NCBI GenBank assembly: GCA_000708835.1
Contig: DF237248.1
Location: forward strand, 44,499 to 108,498
Direction: 5' to 3'
Length of the DNA: 64,000 nt
Source: Klebsormidium nitens
Lineage: Eukaryota > Plantae > Klebsormidiophyceae
Positions 21,119 through 32,804 of the stretch are shown here, one piece after another. The notes below the pieces were generated by a model, which saw only the letters and a list, made by a program, of their open reading frames with translations, made no database searches and had not been told where the DNA came from. How positions within the stretch are numbered: position 1 is the first letter of the stretch; each line of letters starts with the position of its first letter. The position numbers were made by a program, and so were the translations under genes.

Positions 21119-22266
21119 CACGAAAGGCGGTAGTCATAGCATCCATACAGGCTTTGCCGCAAAGACATTTGATTTGCCAGGGACCTTAGTCTGCGGGGAA
21201 GACATTGCGGGCCTGGTCCGATCTGCGGAGGTGAGCTGAATCTCATCAGAAGCTTCTTGTGAAAGTTGGGTTAATTTTGTTTCTATTTTGTTTCCGTATT
21301 TTCGTTCGAGACTACGTTTACTTTCCTTGCCGACCAGGATGAATCTGATGTCAGAATGAAATGCTTTTTGAAGGTGGCAGCTTTGGATGATCTTTTACAC
21401 AAGCGTGACTCCTGATTGTTCTGGATTTCGTCTGTGTCTCTTCATTTCTGGACATCCAATGCATGCAAGGTGTGCCGCTTCGCTTGGTATTTTGGCTCTC
21501 TGCTTCAACTCAATCTAAGTCCGCAGGGTTGTTTACTAAGGTGTGTGTTGTAGTCTATCTGATCTAGTACACCATTCATGGGCAGGAGGATAGTTGCCTC
21601 GTTCTGTTGAGGGGCTCGCAGCGTCGACTGTCCGGACTGAGTCTTGGGTTCAGGGACTGCAGCGTCTTGCACTTCTGACTAAAGGGTGCAATTGAGGTGC
21701 TCACACTTTGCTTCAACCACTTCAACTCTCTTTCCAGGAGTTGTAACAGGTTTGCAGTTTTTCTTTGTTCATCGTGATCTTCGTGCCCTTTCAATGAGTT
21801 GATCTCCGGATTTTTGACTTCTGCTGCCCGTGATTGGTTTTGGTCTTTGTTGATAGAGTTAAATACGAAACCATTGGCAAAATGGTCCTCTGCAAGCTAG
21901 ATTGGATACTTTCGCAATTCATTGGCGTATAAAGACCCCAGGAGGCCATAGCATAGGGCATAGAAGAGATATTGCTAACGGCGAGGAGTAAGCGCCCAGT
22001 ATGTATGAGCAGACAAAAGTGAAAGAATGGTTTCTTTCTTTGGCGCCAACTTGCTGTTGAAGATCTCTTGCTTGCTTTTCAGGAATTGCCAGTAGGCAAA
22101 ATTAGGGTTTTCTTGATTTCAACAATAAGGACAGTTGCCGAGTCACCACGTGCGAACATAGGTACATTCAGCCTTCAAGATCAAATTGAAAGTGCTGAGC
22201 CTTGTCAGATAAGTAACAGCGCGTTCATGCAGCACGCTTATGCTGATACACTTTTGCTTCACAGCC

Positions 22267-25200
22267 ATGGGCCTAATACTCGAGGCTGCAGCCGAGGAGG
22301 CTACTGCAAGGAGTGATGCATCCACTAGCGATTCTGAAACAGAGGGACTTAGACAACGGAGGCCGGGCGATGCGGAGGTGTTGGCACAGGAGCCTCTATG
22401 GGTGCCTCCTAGAAGGGTGCGAGTACTTTGTGCTTTGAAATTTGAAACTTGCCTGTGCAAAGCAGCTGATAAGCTGCATTTACAAGAACCATGAAGAAGT
22501 AAACTTCTTATTAGAGAGCGGCTACAAGCATCATCTTGGCTTTGTTCTTGAGGAGGGTCAAAGGGTGGCTGGTTAATCATTGCCTGCCGCTGTTAGACAG
22601 GCTTAGCTCAATTGAATTTTGGAGCGGTTCAATGGAGGGGACAGTAAGTGCATCCCACCACCTTGATTGTTCAGTTGCGTCAATGAGGATTGTAGCGCGT
22701 TTCGATGGTCTTCTGATCATTAGCCTTGTTATCAACTTTGCTGGCACAGGTCTCCACAAATGAGAGCAAAATGAATGTGTAAGGGGTTGCAGTGGCTGGT
22801 TGTATCAGCTCGTTAACAGCCCTGCATCAAGCAGCAGCATGAGTCTTTGTATGTTTGCGACTTGAAGAACGAACATTCAAGGAAGTGATCAGGACCAACA
22901 GGAGAGGTAGTCACAGAAGAAGCATGTCGAATGAATACTACTCTGGTCTTCAACTTTTCCTTCACCGGCAACACGGTGGTTATTTCCTGTTGATTGCGCC
23001 ACTGACGTAATTCACTTCCCTGTGCAGGTGAACAGTCGGGAACTAGTGGCGAAGCATGTGAAGAAGATTCGAATGGAGGCTGCGAAGAATGTGGAGAAGA
23101 TACAGCACCACACGGAAGAGCATGATCGATTCTACACCAAGGTGAACTGTAACTCTGGTGTTTCTTCCATTTGTCGCTGTTTTCGAGCTGGTATGAGTTT
23201 GGGATTGGCAAACAATAATTGTGATGCGCTTAATCAGAATGCGCACTACTTGCGAAATGTGTTGGAAGTTTTGAAGTATGGGTAGAGAGACAGCTCACAT
23301 GGCAGTTGCTCGGTGACTTCTTTCCCAGTCTCTAGTTCTATATTTGCATCTTTGATTAACATCACTGAGGAACCAAGTTCTGACCGTGCCTTTGGGAACA
23401 GATTCGCAGTGCCTAGTCCTCCAGTATCTTGTCAAAAAAAGCCAGTCCTTGACATCTGCTTGTTCAAACAGCACCCATCTCCTGTTGCTTGCAGTTGACG
23501 TACTCCCTGGGCGTACTGTGCTTTGGCTTGTTCTGCTTCCTGGTGGGAGCAAGTAAGTTCAGCGCAGTCTCTTCTGCTCACTCTCTCTTCCTTCAACAAC
23601 CTGAATCTTGAGCTTAGACGTCTTTTTTCCCCCGTTCATGAGTGACATCTTTTTGAGGCTAAGTTTCTTCCCCCCCGTACGTTGTTTCGCGATTCTGATG
23701 TTGCAAATGCCAAGTCACTGACCTTTTTAACAGTAATTTATGAGAACGACTTTTGCTAGTACAGCCGCCTAAGATGCTGCTGCGAATCCAGAAGCCAAAT
23801 TGCTGGGGCTATGTGGGACCTTTCAGAGTCCAATGGCCGCCCTGCGCCCCTGATTGGTTTTGAAGGTTTGCCCCTGGGATAGCCCGAACTATGCGCCCTT
23901 GCTAACATATATTGTATTCTGCAGAGCCGCAAGTCATCCCCTACTTTTACTGCTTCTTCCTGTTCGTGGCCCTCCCGCTGCGGTGGATGTACTACAAGGC
24001 AAAGAAGTGGCACTACTTTCTCTTGGTAAGCTGGAGACTGTCGCCCTGGCGTCAAATAAACAAGACTGGATTGCATTTTTCTGTACGACTCGGCGGGTCG
24101 CCAGGTTCATCGTGGGGGTGAACAAGGGAGGCTCCGCTTGAAATTGACTCATCGGCGGTTTTGGGGGTTTCAGAGGGTTCCTTTCATGTACGCTCTTCCA
24201 AACGCGCTGTCAACATTTGCATGATGGGCCCTGTATTGCCAGAGGAGAGCGTGAAAATTACATTGCAATGGGCTGATACGAAGGAGGTTCGTGGTTTGTA
24301 GGATCCAGCTGATAGATCCTCGTCGTTACGGTTTGCCACGGATCAATCAAGAGGCATGGCTGTGCTTCGGGGAATGGAGGTTTCTATGAGAATGAACTAT
24401 GACGGAAACTCCCATTTTACCTGTTGCGCGGAGGAGTGAACTTACCTGATTGTTCCTCCCCGCTGCAGGACTTTTGCTACTATGCGAACGCCATTTTTGT
24501 CTTCCTCCTGCTCGTCCAGCCGGACAACGAGCGCCTCTTCATGATCTGCTTTGCATTCTCCGAGGTGAGTGCCTGCAGCAGACGCCAAGCGTGCTGTCTT
24601 GACATGGTTGTTGAAATCAAAAGAAGCAACGGGGTAGAAGCGTTTCATTGCTTATTCGTGCACAGTGCATGCACTGCATCTGTTCTTTCAGTCATGAGTC
24701 GTTATAATCCCCTCAGAAAGTGGACCCTGCGACCCGTCTATTAAGGCAGAACCCCAAAAATGTCGGCTTCCGAGAACCACCAGCGGCGCTTGTCTGGATT
24801 GACTTTCGACTCCTCAATCTTGCATCAAAAGTTCGCTTCCATCAGACTTGCTGTTCAGCAGCGAACATTGGGTTTTGATATTACCGGTCATTCCATCAAG
24901 TTTTTTTTTGTCCAGCTGAGTTTGACGCGAGCACTTTGCAGCACGACAAGGAACGACGACTAGCTTGTAGTGGTTCCATTCCGCTGGTAACCTCTTCCGC
25001 TTTTGTGTTGCGCTTCTGCTCTTCCCAAATCCCGCTCCCCTGTCACTCACGTTCTCTCATGTTTTGCAGGGTCCGCTGGCGTGGGCCATCATCGTGTGGC
25101 GGTGTAGCTTGGTCTTCAGCTCGCTAGACAAGATCGTCAGCGTGCTCATCCATCTCCTACCAGGTAGGGACGCCCGCTCTTTCCTCTTCTAGCTTTACTT

Positions 25201-28200
25201 TTGAAGACTTACTTACTTACTTACTTACGTAAGACTGGCGGCCAAGATGGAGAGGCTTTCGACAACGCACAGAGATTCCGGCATTGGCAGACTATGGAAT
25301 TGCTGTCGTGAACGCAGTGCTGGAAATAGTGTATCGTAAACTTCGCTAGCACTTCGTGGAACTTCGCTAGCACTCTTGATTGCCTGCCAACATGGACAGA
25401 CCTCGCCAACATTCAGACAGACGCCCTTATTGAGGAGCACACGGAGATTGCTTTTGCGAGCGGAGCATGCCGGAAGCAGAAGCAGTTCAGTGGGCCCATG
25501 ACCTTTTGGAGACATCACGTTGCTTGAAGACTTTGTGAGGCAAGGAGACGCTTTGAGCAATTCGTCAACCTGCAGCGGTGCATTCCTGCCCGTTTCACTC
25601 TGCAGACACAGATGGCAGTGCCCTATGCATCTGGGTTGCTGGTTCGTCACTTTCCTTGTACCACAGCATGGTAAGATCTGTTATTCCTGGGCCATAGCGA
25701 CAGCATTCGTGCAGTTTTAGTCATCAATGCTGAGTTCATACGATCTTTCCCCCCAGGCGTGGTGCTGTTCATCATCCGGTGGTGGGACCCCTCCAACTTC
25801 TCGCACCACTCCCCCGACGAGTTTGGCCCGTGGGGCCACGGGCACACGCCGTGGCCGGTCGTTGAGGACACGCGCAAGGTGTGGACGTGGCTCTTCACGG
25901 TGCCGCTCATCGTGTACTCCGTCTGGCAGGCGCTCTACTGGATCATCGTGGAGGTGCTCCGCAAGCAGCGCCTGCTGCGGGACCCCCAGGTCCTCACCAG
26001 CTTCAGGTGAGGGTTCGAAAATCCCTGCATCCAGGGGTTTCGAAGCTTTTTAGATGCTTGGATTCTTGGCCCCTGAATTCAGCTGCGCCGGAACGCTTGC
26101 TGTGCAACCCCGGGTCCTCACCAGTTTGAGGTGAGGGGAGGCAGGACGTTTCTGTTGTAGGGAATTGGAAGTACATTTGAGGATTCTTGACAATGTCTGA
26201 AAGTAAGGACGAGTGGATGCCGTGTGTGAGCGCACCGCCCACTGCAGAAGCCCCTATTCCTTACCAGGTCCAGGTGAAGGGGAATGTGAGCTTTTGAATG
26301 GTTGACATTATGCAGAATTTTGCTTTCTATGTGCTAGGCTGCACCAGCTTGTCTTTCTCTTTGGAGCTTGGCGTTGAAAGTGTAGCACCGGGCCAGATGT
26401 AGGGTCCATTCGAAGTTTCAAAACGTGGGAACCGAATTTGTGACAACGGAATGTTTTCCCATTTGAGCCCGTTCGTAATGACTCTTCACGATGTCAACCA
26501 GTTCGTGAAAGTTTTTGATATGGAGACTCCTACTTGCGATGAGCGCTCACAATTGGCCTGGGGCGTGTCCAACTTTTTGCATCCGAAGCCTTCTGCTAAT
26601 TCACGATACGGTCTTGATCCCTTCTAAACTGAATCTCTAATCTGTGCAGGGAGCTGTTGCGCAAGGCGGAGCGCGCTGGTAACCATCTGCGGCATTCACC
26701 TTAACCTGATCCGCCTTTTGACCCACGAAGTTCTTCCGCTGTTGACGACATGTTTCATCGTTGCAGAAAGTTTGGCACAAGGCGAAGCCCGTTCCGCCCG
26801 CTGACTCACGAAGTTCGTGGTGCTGACTACGATTCTCCTTTTGCGCAGGAGCTGTCACGCAAGGCGGAGTGCGCCCATAACCTGTCTGCAGCACTCACCT
26901 CAACCTGATCCGCCTGCTGACACCCGAAGTTCGTTTCGTTGCTGACCAGAAACCTCTTCTCTGCAGTGAAATTTCGCCCAAAGCGGAGCACCGCAACAAC
27001 TATCTGATCCGCCTGCTGACTCACGAACTCCCGTTCCGCTGCTGAAAACATTCTGATTTGTGCAGGGAGCTGTCGCGCAAGGCGGAGCGCGCCAACAACC
27101 TGTTCTGGTGGGCGAGCGGGCTGCTGGGCGATGCGAACCGCGTGGTGATGTATGCCATCCTGCAGGGCCTGTTCACTATCGCCACCATTGCGCTCACGCT
27201 GCCCATGTTCGTCAACTACCGCTTCCACGTCGCCTTCCAGATCTTCAAGATCGTCACCTCCGTCTGGAATGGTGAGCTCACGGGCCTTTATAGTGGACCA
27301 CTTCACTGGATGAGCTCGAGAAATGTCGCCCTTGTTCGTTACTCACTGCTTTTGCATAGCCTCTCTGATTCTTATATCTCTGAACAGTACCCTTGAAGGG
27401 CAGGGAAATCTGGAACATATTACTAAATTATAATTAAATTGGCGTTTGAGAAACCTTAGGATTCAAAGTCGTATCAGCCTTACTGGGCTGCCCAACTGCG
27501 TCAGTCACCCAGTCCACGATACTCCTCGACCCGTCATATCCGTCACCTCCGTTGAAACGTTAAGCCCACTGCAACTTGCACTGAAGGTTTTCTCAACGTA
27601 GTTGGTCGGGCTTGAGATTCGGCGGGCTTTCAGTCGTACCAGGCTCTTAATCCGGAGCAGAAACCGTGCTATGTGTTCCAGGGTCCGTGCTTCTGAGGGC
27701 TGATGGCTGCGGTGTGTACTGCTGACAGTGACTGTCGGCTTCATCCACTTTCGAACAGGAGTTCTTGGACGAGTATCAAAGTGGTGTGCCATTATTGAGC
27801 TCTCGAGGAAATCGTGACGCTTTGTGGGGGCATTGCTATTAAGGCGAAGCTGCAGCGAAGTCCCGAGAGAAGCACCTTCTACATAGATTGCTCTGCAAGG
27901 TAGAAGCATCCGGGTGTCGACTCTACAGTCCGGTAGCAGGATGGTTATACAGCATAAATTTAAAACCTTACCTATTCCTTTTGGGAGAGTCTCTGACTTT
28001 GCCTGTGTGCCTTTTCCTTCAGGTGGCGGGTACTTCTTTGACGTCATGCCCCGCCAGATCGTGACGAAGGACGAGAAGAGGAAAGCCCTCAAATCGAAGC
28101 AGGGCGACGCCGCCAAGGATACCATCTCTCAGCCGAACTCTCCGGGAGAGGTTTGCCAAAAGTGCGGATCGCTCCACAGCAGCGCCTCCAAGGACAGCTT

Positions 28201-28471
28201 GAACGGAAGCTTGAGTGGGAGTGGGGAGTTGGAGACGAATGGGGACGGGTTGAAAGGCCAGATGGATGCCGAGATGAAGCTTCGACTAGGAAACGGAAAG
28301 TCGGAGGAGGAGGCGAAGGGGGAGAAGGTCCTGGGTAAGAACGGCGTAGAGAACGGGAACGGCTTGCACCAAAGGAGCATCGCACGCGCGAACAGCTGTG
28401 GAACAGAGAGTGGGGACAAGGTGTCGGTGGAGATGAATGGGAAGGGGTCAAGTCTGGGGCTGGCTAGGTAG
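22267..28471 (+). CDS. GPC1: Glycerophosphocholine acyltransferase (GPCAT), about 505 aa
   Basis: Exons 22267-22416, 23028-23141, 23495-23552, 23925-24025, 24469-24564, 25070-25163, 25757-26006, 27066-27271 and 28023-28471 join in phase. [65 protein letters not shown] and [15 protein letters not shown] match plant GPC1. Confidence 0.95.
25208..25228. repeat. (CTTA)5 microsatellite in a GPC1 intron
   Basis: cttacttacttacttacttac. Confidence 0.85.
26106..26890 (+). repeat. Copies of both GPC1 splice junctions inside intron 26007-27065
   Basis: Donor-side copy at 26106-26136 (ccccgggtcctcaccagtttgaggtgag); acceptor-side copies at 26641-26690 and 26839-26890 (tgcagggagctgt.gcgcaaggcggag). Confidence 0.85.
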
Positions 28472-29875
28472 GAACTGATACCAAATATGTTTGTCAGTTT
28501 CGCAGCTCAACCTGACCATGGTCGATGTCGACAATGAGGGGCATTCGCGTGGGTTGAGTGCGATGCTTTTGGGTTATCATAGTCTGGGATATTCGATAAG
28601 GGTGCGCCAGCCAAATAGGAAGAACAGGTTGCTGAGAGTCGGATAGAGTAAGCGGACATACGCAAGGAAGGTTTTTAAGTGATGTATATACTATACCTCA
28701 TACTAGGCATGCTCAAAAGCATGCAGCAAGCAAAGTTTCGATTCCGGTTTGTCACAGAAGCTGTTCTTATCAAGTGCAATCTGCTTCGCAGGGCGTCTTG
28801 ACATCACGTACTGCCTCCTGTAGGTCAATTCACGTTGGTCACTTTGAGCATATGGAAGTTGCACGCTCAAGTGCACTAGTTTGTCAGGACATATACGTTT
28901 ATTACTTTCTGATAAACTTCTCGTTGATTGGAAAAGATGGCTGCGCATGCTGTGGTCAGGACATCAGTCCTGTCCTTACTCCTTGTTTGAAAATTGTCAC
29001 GACTTTCCAAATCAGATTGCGTCTGATCTGTCGCTCCCACAAGTATCCTTGCAGATTCCAAGGAGTTCGGGTGCTGAGTTGGGTTGATTTCATGTTTGCA
29101 TGCAGTGCGTTCGGTCCTTATTGAGAATTGTTCTGGATATCTGAACACATCGTCGGATCACATACATGGCCCCCAAACCGAAGGCGATCACCATGCGAAT
29201 GGTGGCCCGCACTGCATGACACAATGGATCGAACGCAGAACTTATCAACCTCAATCATGCATTCAATTTTTCAATCGTAGTCCGTATACATTGGCTAGCT
29301 GTACTCTTAGTTAAAGCCGCCTTAGCTAGATATAAAGCAGATCCGAGCTGGAAATGTTACACGATCACCAAAAATGACATCATGGTCGTGGTTTGACTAC
29401 AGTAAATGCCATCACAAAAACTCCTCCTAATGCCTTGGGAGCCCGTTCCTACATAGAGCTACAGTCGTTCCCAGCAGATTCAGTCCGATGACTTGACATG
29501 AAACACGTTTACTGAGTTTCAGGACGGGTCCAAATTGTCGCTTTTGCAGAAGCAGATATTATCTGACATGCAGCTACTTCCCAACCAAGAACCGTTGAAT
29601 GAACGACTAAAGGTCACACTTACCTTCTTCAATGTCGGGGTGCCGTTTCTCATAGAAGACTGTGCTACTAAATGAAGAGGATTTTCAGCCCCTCGCAACT
29701 GACTTGGCAAAGCGAAGTTCAGCACCAATTTAGATCCCCTACGAACATGATCGAACAATGGCCTTACTACGAAAAGATCCTGTGCTGTACCTGCCTTGCA
29801 GATCGACAACATGTTTCTCCTATAAATGAGATGTATTTTCCGTGAGCACTGCAAGGGCAGTTGTGCACCCTCCTA

Positions 29876-31781
29876 TCAAGCGTCGCTGCTCAGCAGAAAG
29901 TCCAAGTTCGACCCTGGCGGATAGTCCTTAGGTTCCTGCCGTGGGACGAATACCCGACACGGCCACTTGCCATGCAGAGTCGCTTTACTTCCGTCCACCT
30001 CTAAACACGTGCCCTCTCTTATGCCCACCGTCGTCAGAGCGTCTTCCAACTCGTCGGTATATTGCCGTATCCTCTGCTCCCTGTTTTCTTCCATGGAGAC
30101 GGTGAACCCCAACTCGTGCAGCTTCGCTTTTGGCTCTGGGTCTGCATAGTGCGGGCTGATGTTAAAGGGGACGAGCCCCAGACCCCTGAAGGAGGGGACT
30201 TCCATGATTGGCATGCAGATGCTGGTGTGAATAGTCGCACCTGCTGCTGTGCTCCCACAGGAGGAGCCGATGTAGAGCATATTCCCACTCGTAACCCGTT
30301 CTCGAATCAGGTCGACGAGGTTCTGTTCGTGCAGCTTTTTGAAAAGCCGGAAGGTGTTGCCCCCGCCGATGAAGAGCGCCTTCGCGGCTTTCACGGCTGC
30401 CACCTGGCAAGAGAGATCGGCCAGGGCCATATTGTTTCAAGGTCCTACTACGAAATAGAAGCTTGCGAAGCTTGTAGATTCACACTGAATTTTAACGAAT
30501 CGTTTGGGCTTTCGGCATGATTAAGATCGTGAAAGTCATGTGCAGCAGATTTCGGACCAGAAGAGTGGCTTCGATATAAGTGCGAGCTGAATTGAGTTGG
30601 GCGACCAACGAAAGAAAGAGTCCATTCAGGCGCGTTGTAGAGCAGAGAGCACACTACTCGTCAAAGGCGTTTGCTGCCAATCCTGACACAAAGGCACTGG
30701 CACCAACACATTATCCAAAGGATAGGCATGTATTCTGCGACGATGGAGAGAATTCAGATCAATAATACTGCCACATTGTAGAATCTACTGCTGATTACAA
30801 GATATTGATTCTGAAACATATCAATCCATCCTTCTTGTAGTAAATACAAACAAACTTACAGGGTCCTCCGCATGGTGGATGCTTGTACTCTTGATGCCCA
30901 GCTCTTGCAGACGAGCCTTTGGGCGTCCGGTGTGGTCGATCGGCTGTCCGGACGCGTCGTACTTGATCACACCCGGATTCCCTGCAAACGTTTTGCTTTT
31001 TGAATCTTTGCATAAACCTCATGTAGTACTGTGGTTTCGAAATGATGTAGTAAGATATCAAGCCATTGGTTCGTGTTATAACAGCTGCATTCTTTGGCAG
31101 GCAGAACATGAACAGATGCTGGAGGGTGTGCAGACCATGGGGGGGAAATGGAAGCCTGGGTCAGTCAACAAATTGCACCCCTGAAAGGAACAAAAAGGCC
31201 CCCAACACAGGAACCACTTGTTGAATTCAAAGGCCGTCGAAACATCCAGAGGTTGAGGGTGCAAGCAGTACCTAACAATTTATAACTGCACAACAAACAA
31301 AGTCCGCAACTGCAACAATAGCAAAAAGAGCCAATCTGAGTTCCCCGATACAGCAATCTCAATATTCGAATGAGTTTCGCAACCATGACTCAAGTCACTT
31401 ACCAAAGTACTTCTCGTACTCCTTCAGGGCGTAGGGAACAAAGAGGACCTTGCTGACATCACCCTTCTTGAGGAAACTCTGAATGGTCTCCCCACAATGC
31501 CCCATGTAAGTGCCACCATAGAGCGTTGAGTTGGCAATCAGAAGAGCGCGGGTTTTGCTGTAAGATGACGAAACGCTCGAGTAACTCCGGGTTTGGGGCT
31601 CTGTCGTCAAACCTGGTGAGTGGCTAGGGGCAGATGCAACTAATTGTGAAAAGGAGCTCTCAGTGTGGGGGTATCCGGAACTGCTGCCAGCTTCTCGTGC
31701 GGTGCAAAAGATCTGGCGCCATGAAAGCTGCGCGCATTTTGATTGAAGGGCAAAACCCAGACTTTGACGCACGGGCAACAT
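29876..31781 (-). CDS. pepE: Peptidase E / family S51 homolog with Ser-rich N-terminal extension (possible organelle targeting), about 342 aa
   Basis: Exons 31403-31781, 30860-30981 and 29876-30403 join in phase. Motifs: LLIANST, VLFVPYA, FIGGGNTFRL, IGSSCG, GLVPFNISPHY, REQRI, VGIREG. Confidence 0.92.
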
Positions 31782-32804
31782 GGCGCTCGTGTTGTGTTGC
31801 GATTTCCTGCTAAAATGAGAACTGGAAGAGCTGTGTGGGTGGCGTCAATACTTGATGCGGGCAGGAGATTGCACTTCGGAGAGTGGCACCAAGGCAGAAA
31901 GGATCAGGTTAGCATAGAAGTGTGTTTCTTCAGGCATCCGATCAAAGGCAAATCACCTTTTTCTGCTCCGAAGATGATCTGGAAAGAAGCAGGAAAAGGA
32001 GCTAAGGAGAGAGATGTTTCTCAGCTGCTCAGCAAAATGATGAAGGCGCTTGAAGTTGTGGCTTCAGGAAGTTTAGGGTTTTCATTTGCTGCCAAGCAAA
32101 AGCCCTATCCAACGATCCCACCATACGCTATACGTATTAAACCGTCGGCGGCATGTCATGAGCACTCCATGACGTCAGCGACTGGATTAGGGGCCACTTG
32201 CACCAACTTTGTCACCAAGTTGAGCACCCGGGAAACGGGCGGGTTAAATCTCTAGTTAGGACTGCGTCTTAGCACGCAGGGCTTGAGAATCAAGTTCAGA
32301 TTTCTTGGTTGAGGTGACCGGGGCTAACGTGTTTCTACAGACAAGTGCCCCTATTGGGCGTTATCTCTGGTCGATACTCGGGATTCTCAGCAGGCGCTTT
32401 TTGCCAGATTATGGTGCACTTTTATCAGAAGTTTGTGGCGCTTTTTTGCCTGCTTTACATAGAAGGTTGTTTTCTACGCAGCATGGCCATATCTATCTCT
32501 CTCTGCTCGAAAGTTAATTCAGATTGCAGTTGCAATGGTGGGAGCTCCATGCCTTAGCAAAAGCCCAAGGTCGATGGGGCGGCCTCAAAGCTGTGGGTGG
32601 CTGGACGCACATATAAACTTCAGAGAAAGCTTCTAGAGCTGATTGAGTGGGGGAAAGCACTTGGGGCAGACAGCATCTCTACTTTTGTGATTGCAATTTC
32701 TTAGACATGTGCTCAGTCTGAATTTAAGCAATTGGGGGGGCCAGAATGCTGAATCAGAGCATTTGAACACGACAAGTTGGAGCTCCTCAGAAGAGCCAGG
32801 AGAG

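Noticed and set aside
20206-21890. Alternative minus-strand gene from stop-free blocks at 21705-21890, 20810-21050 and 20216-20421
   Set aside because: The blocks could not be joined into one consistent, recognisable protein and conflict with plus-strand candidates.
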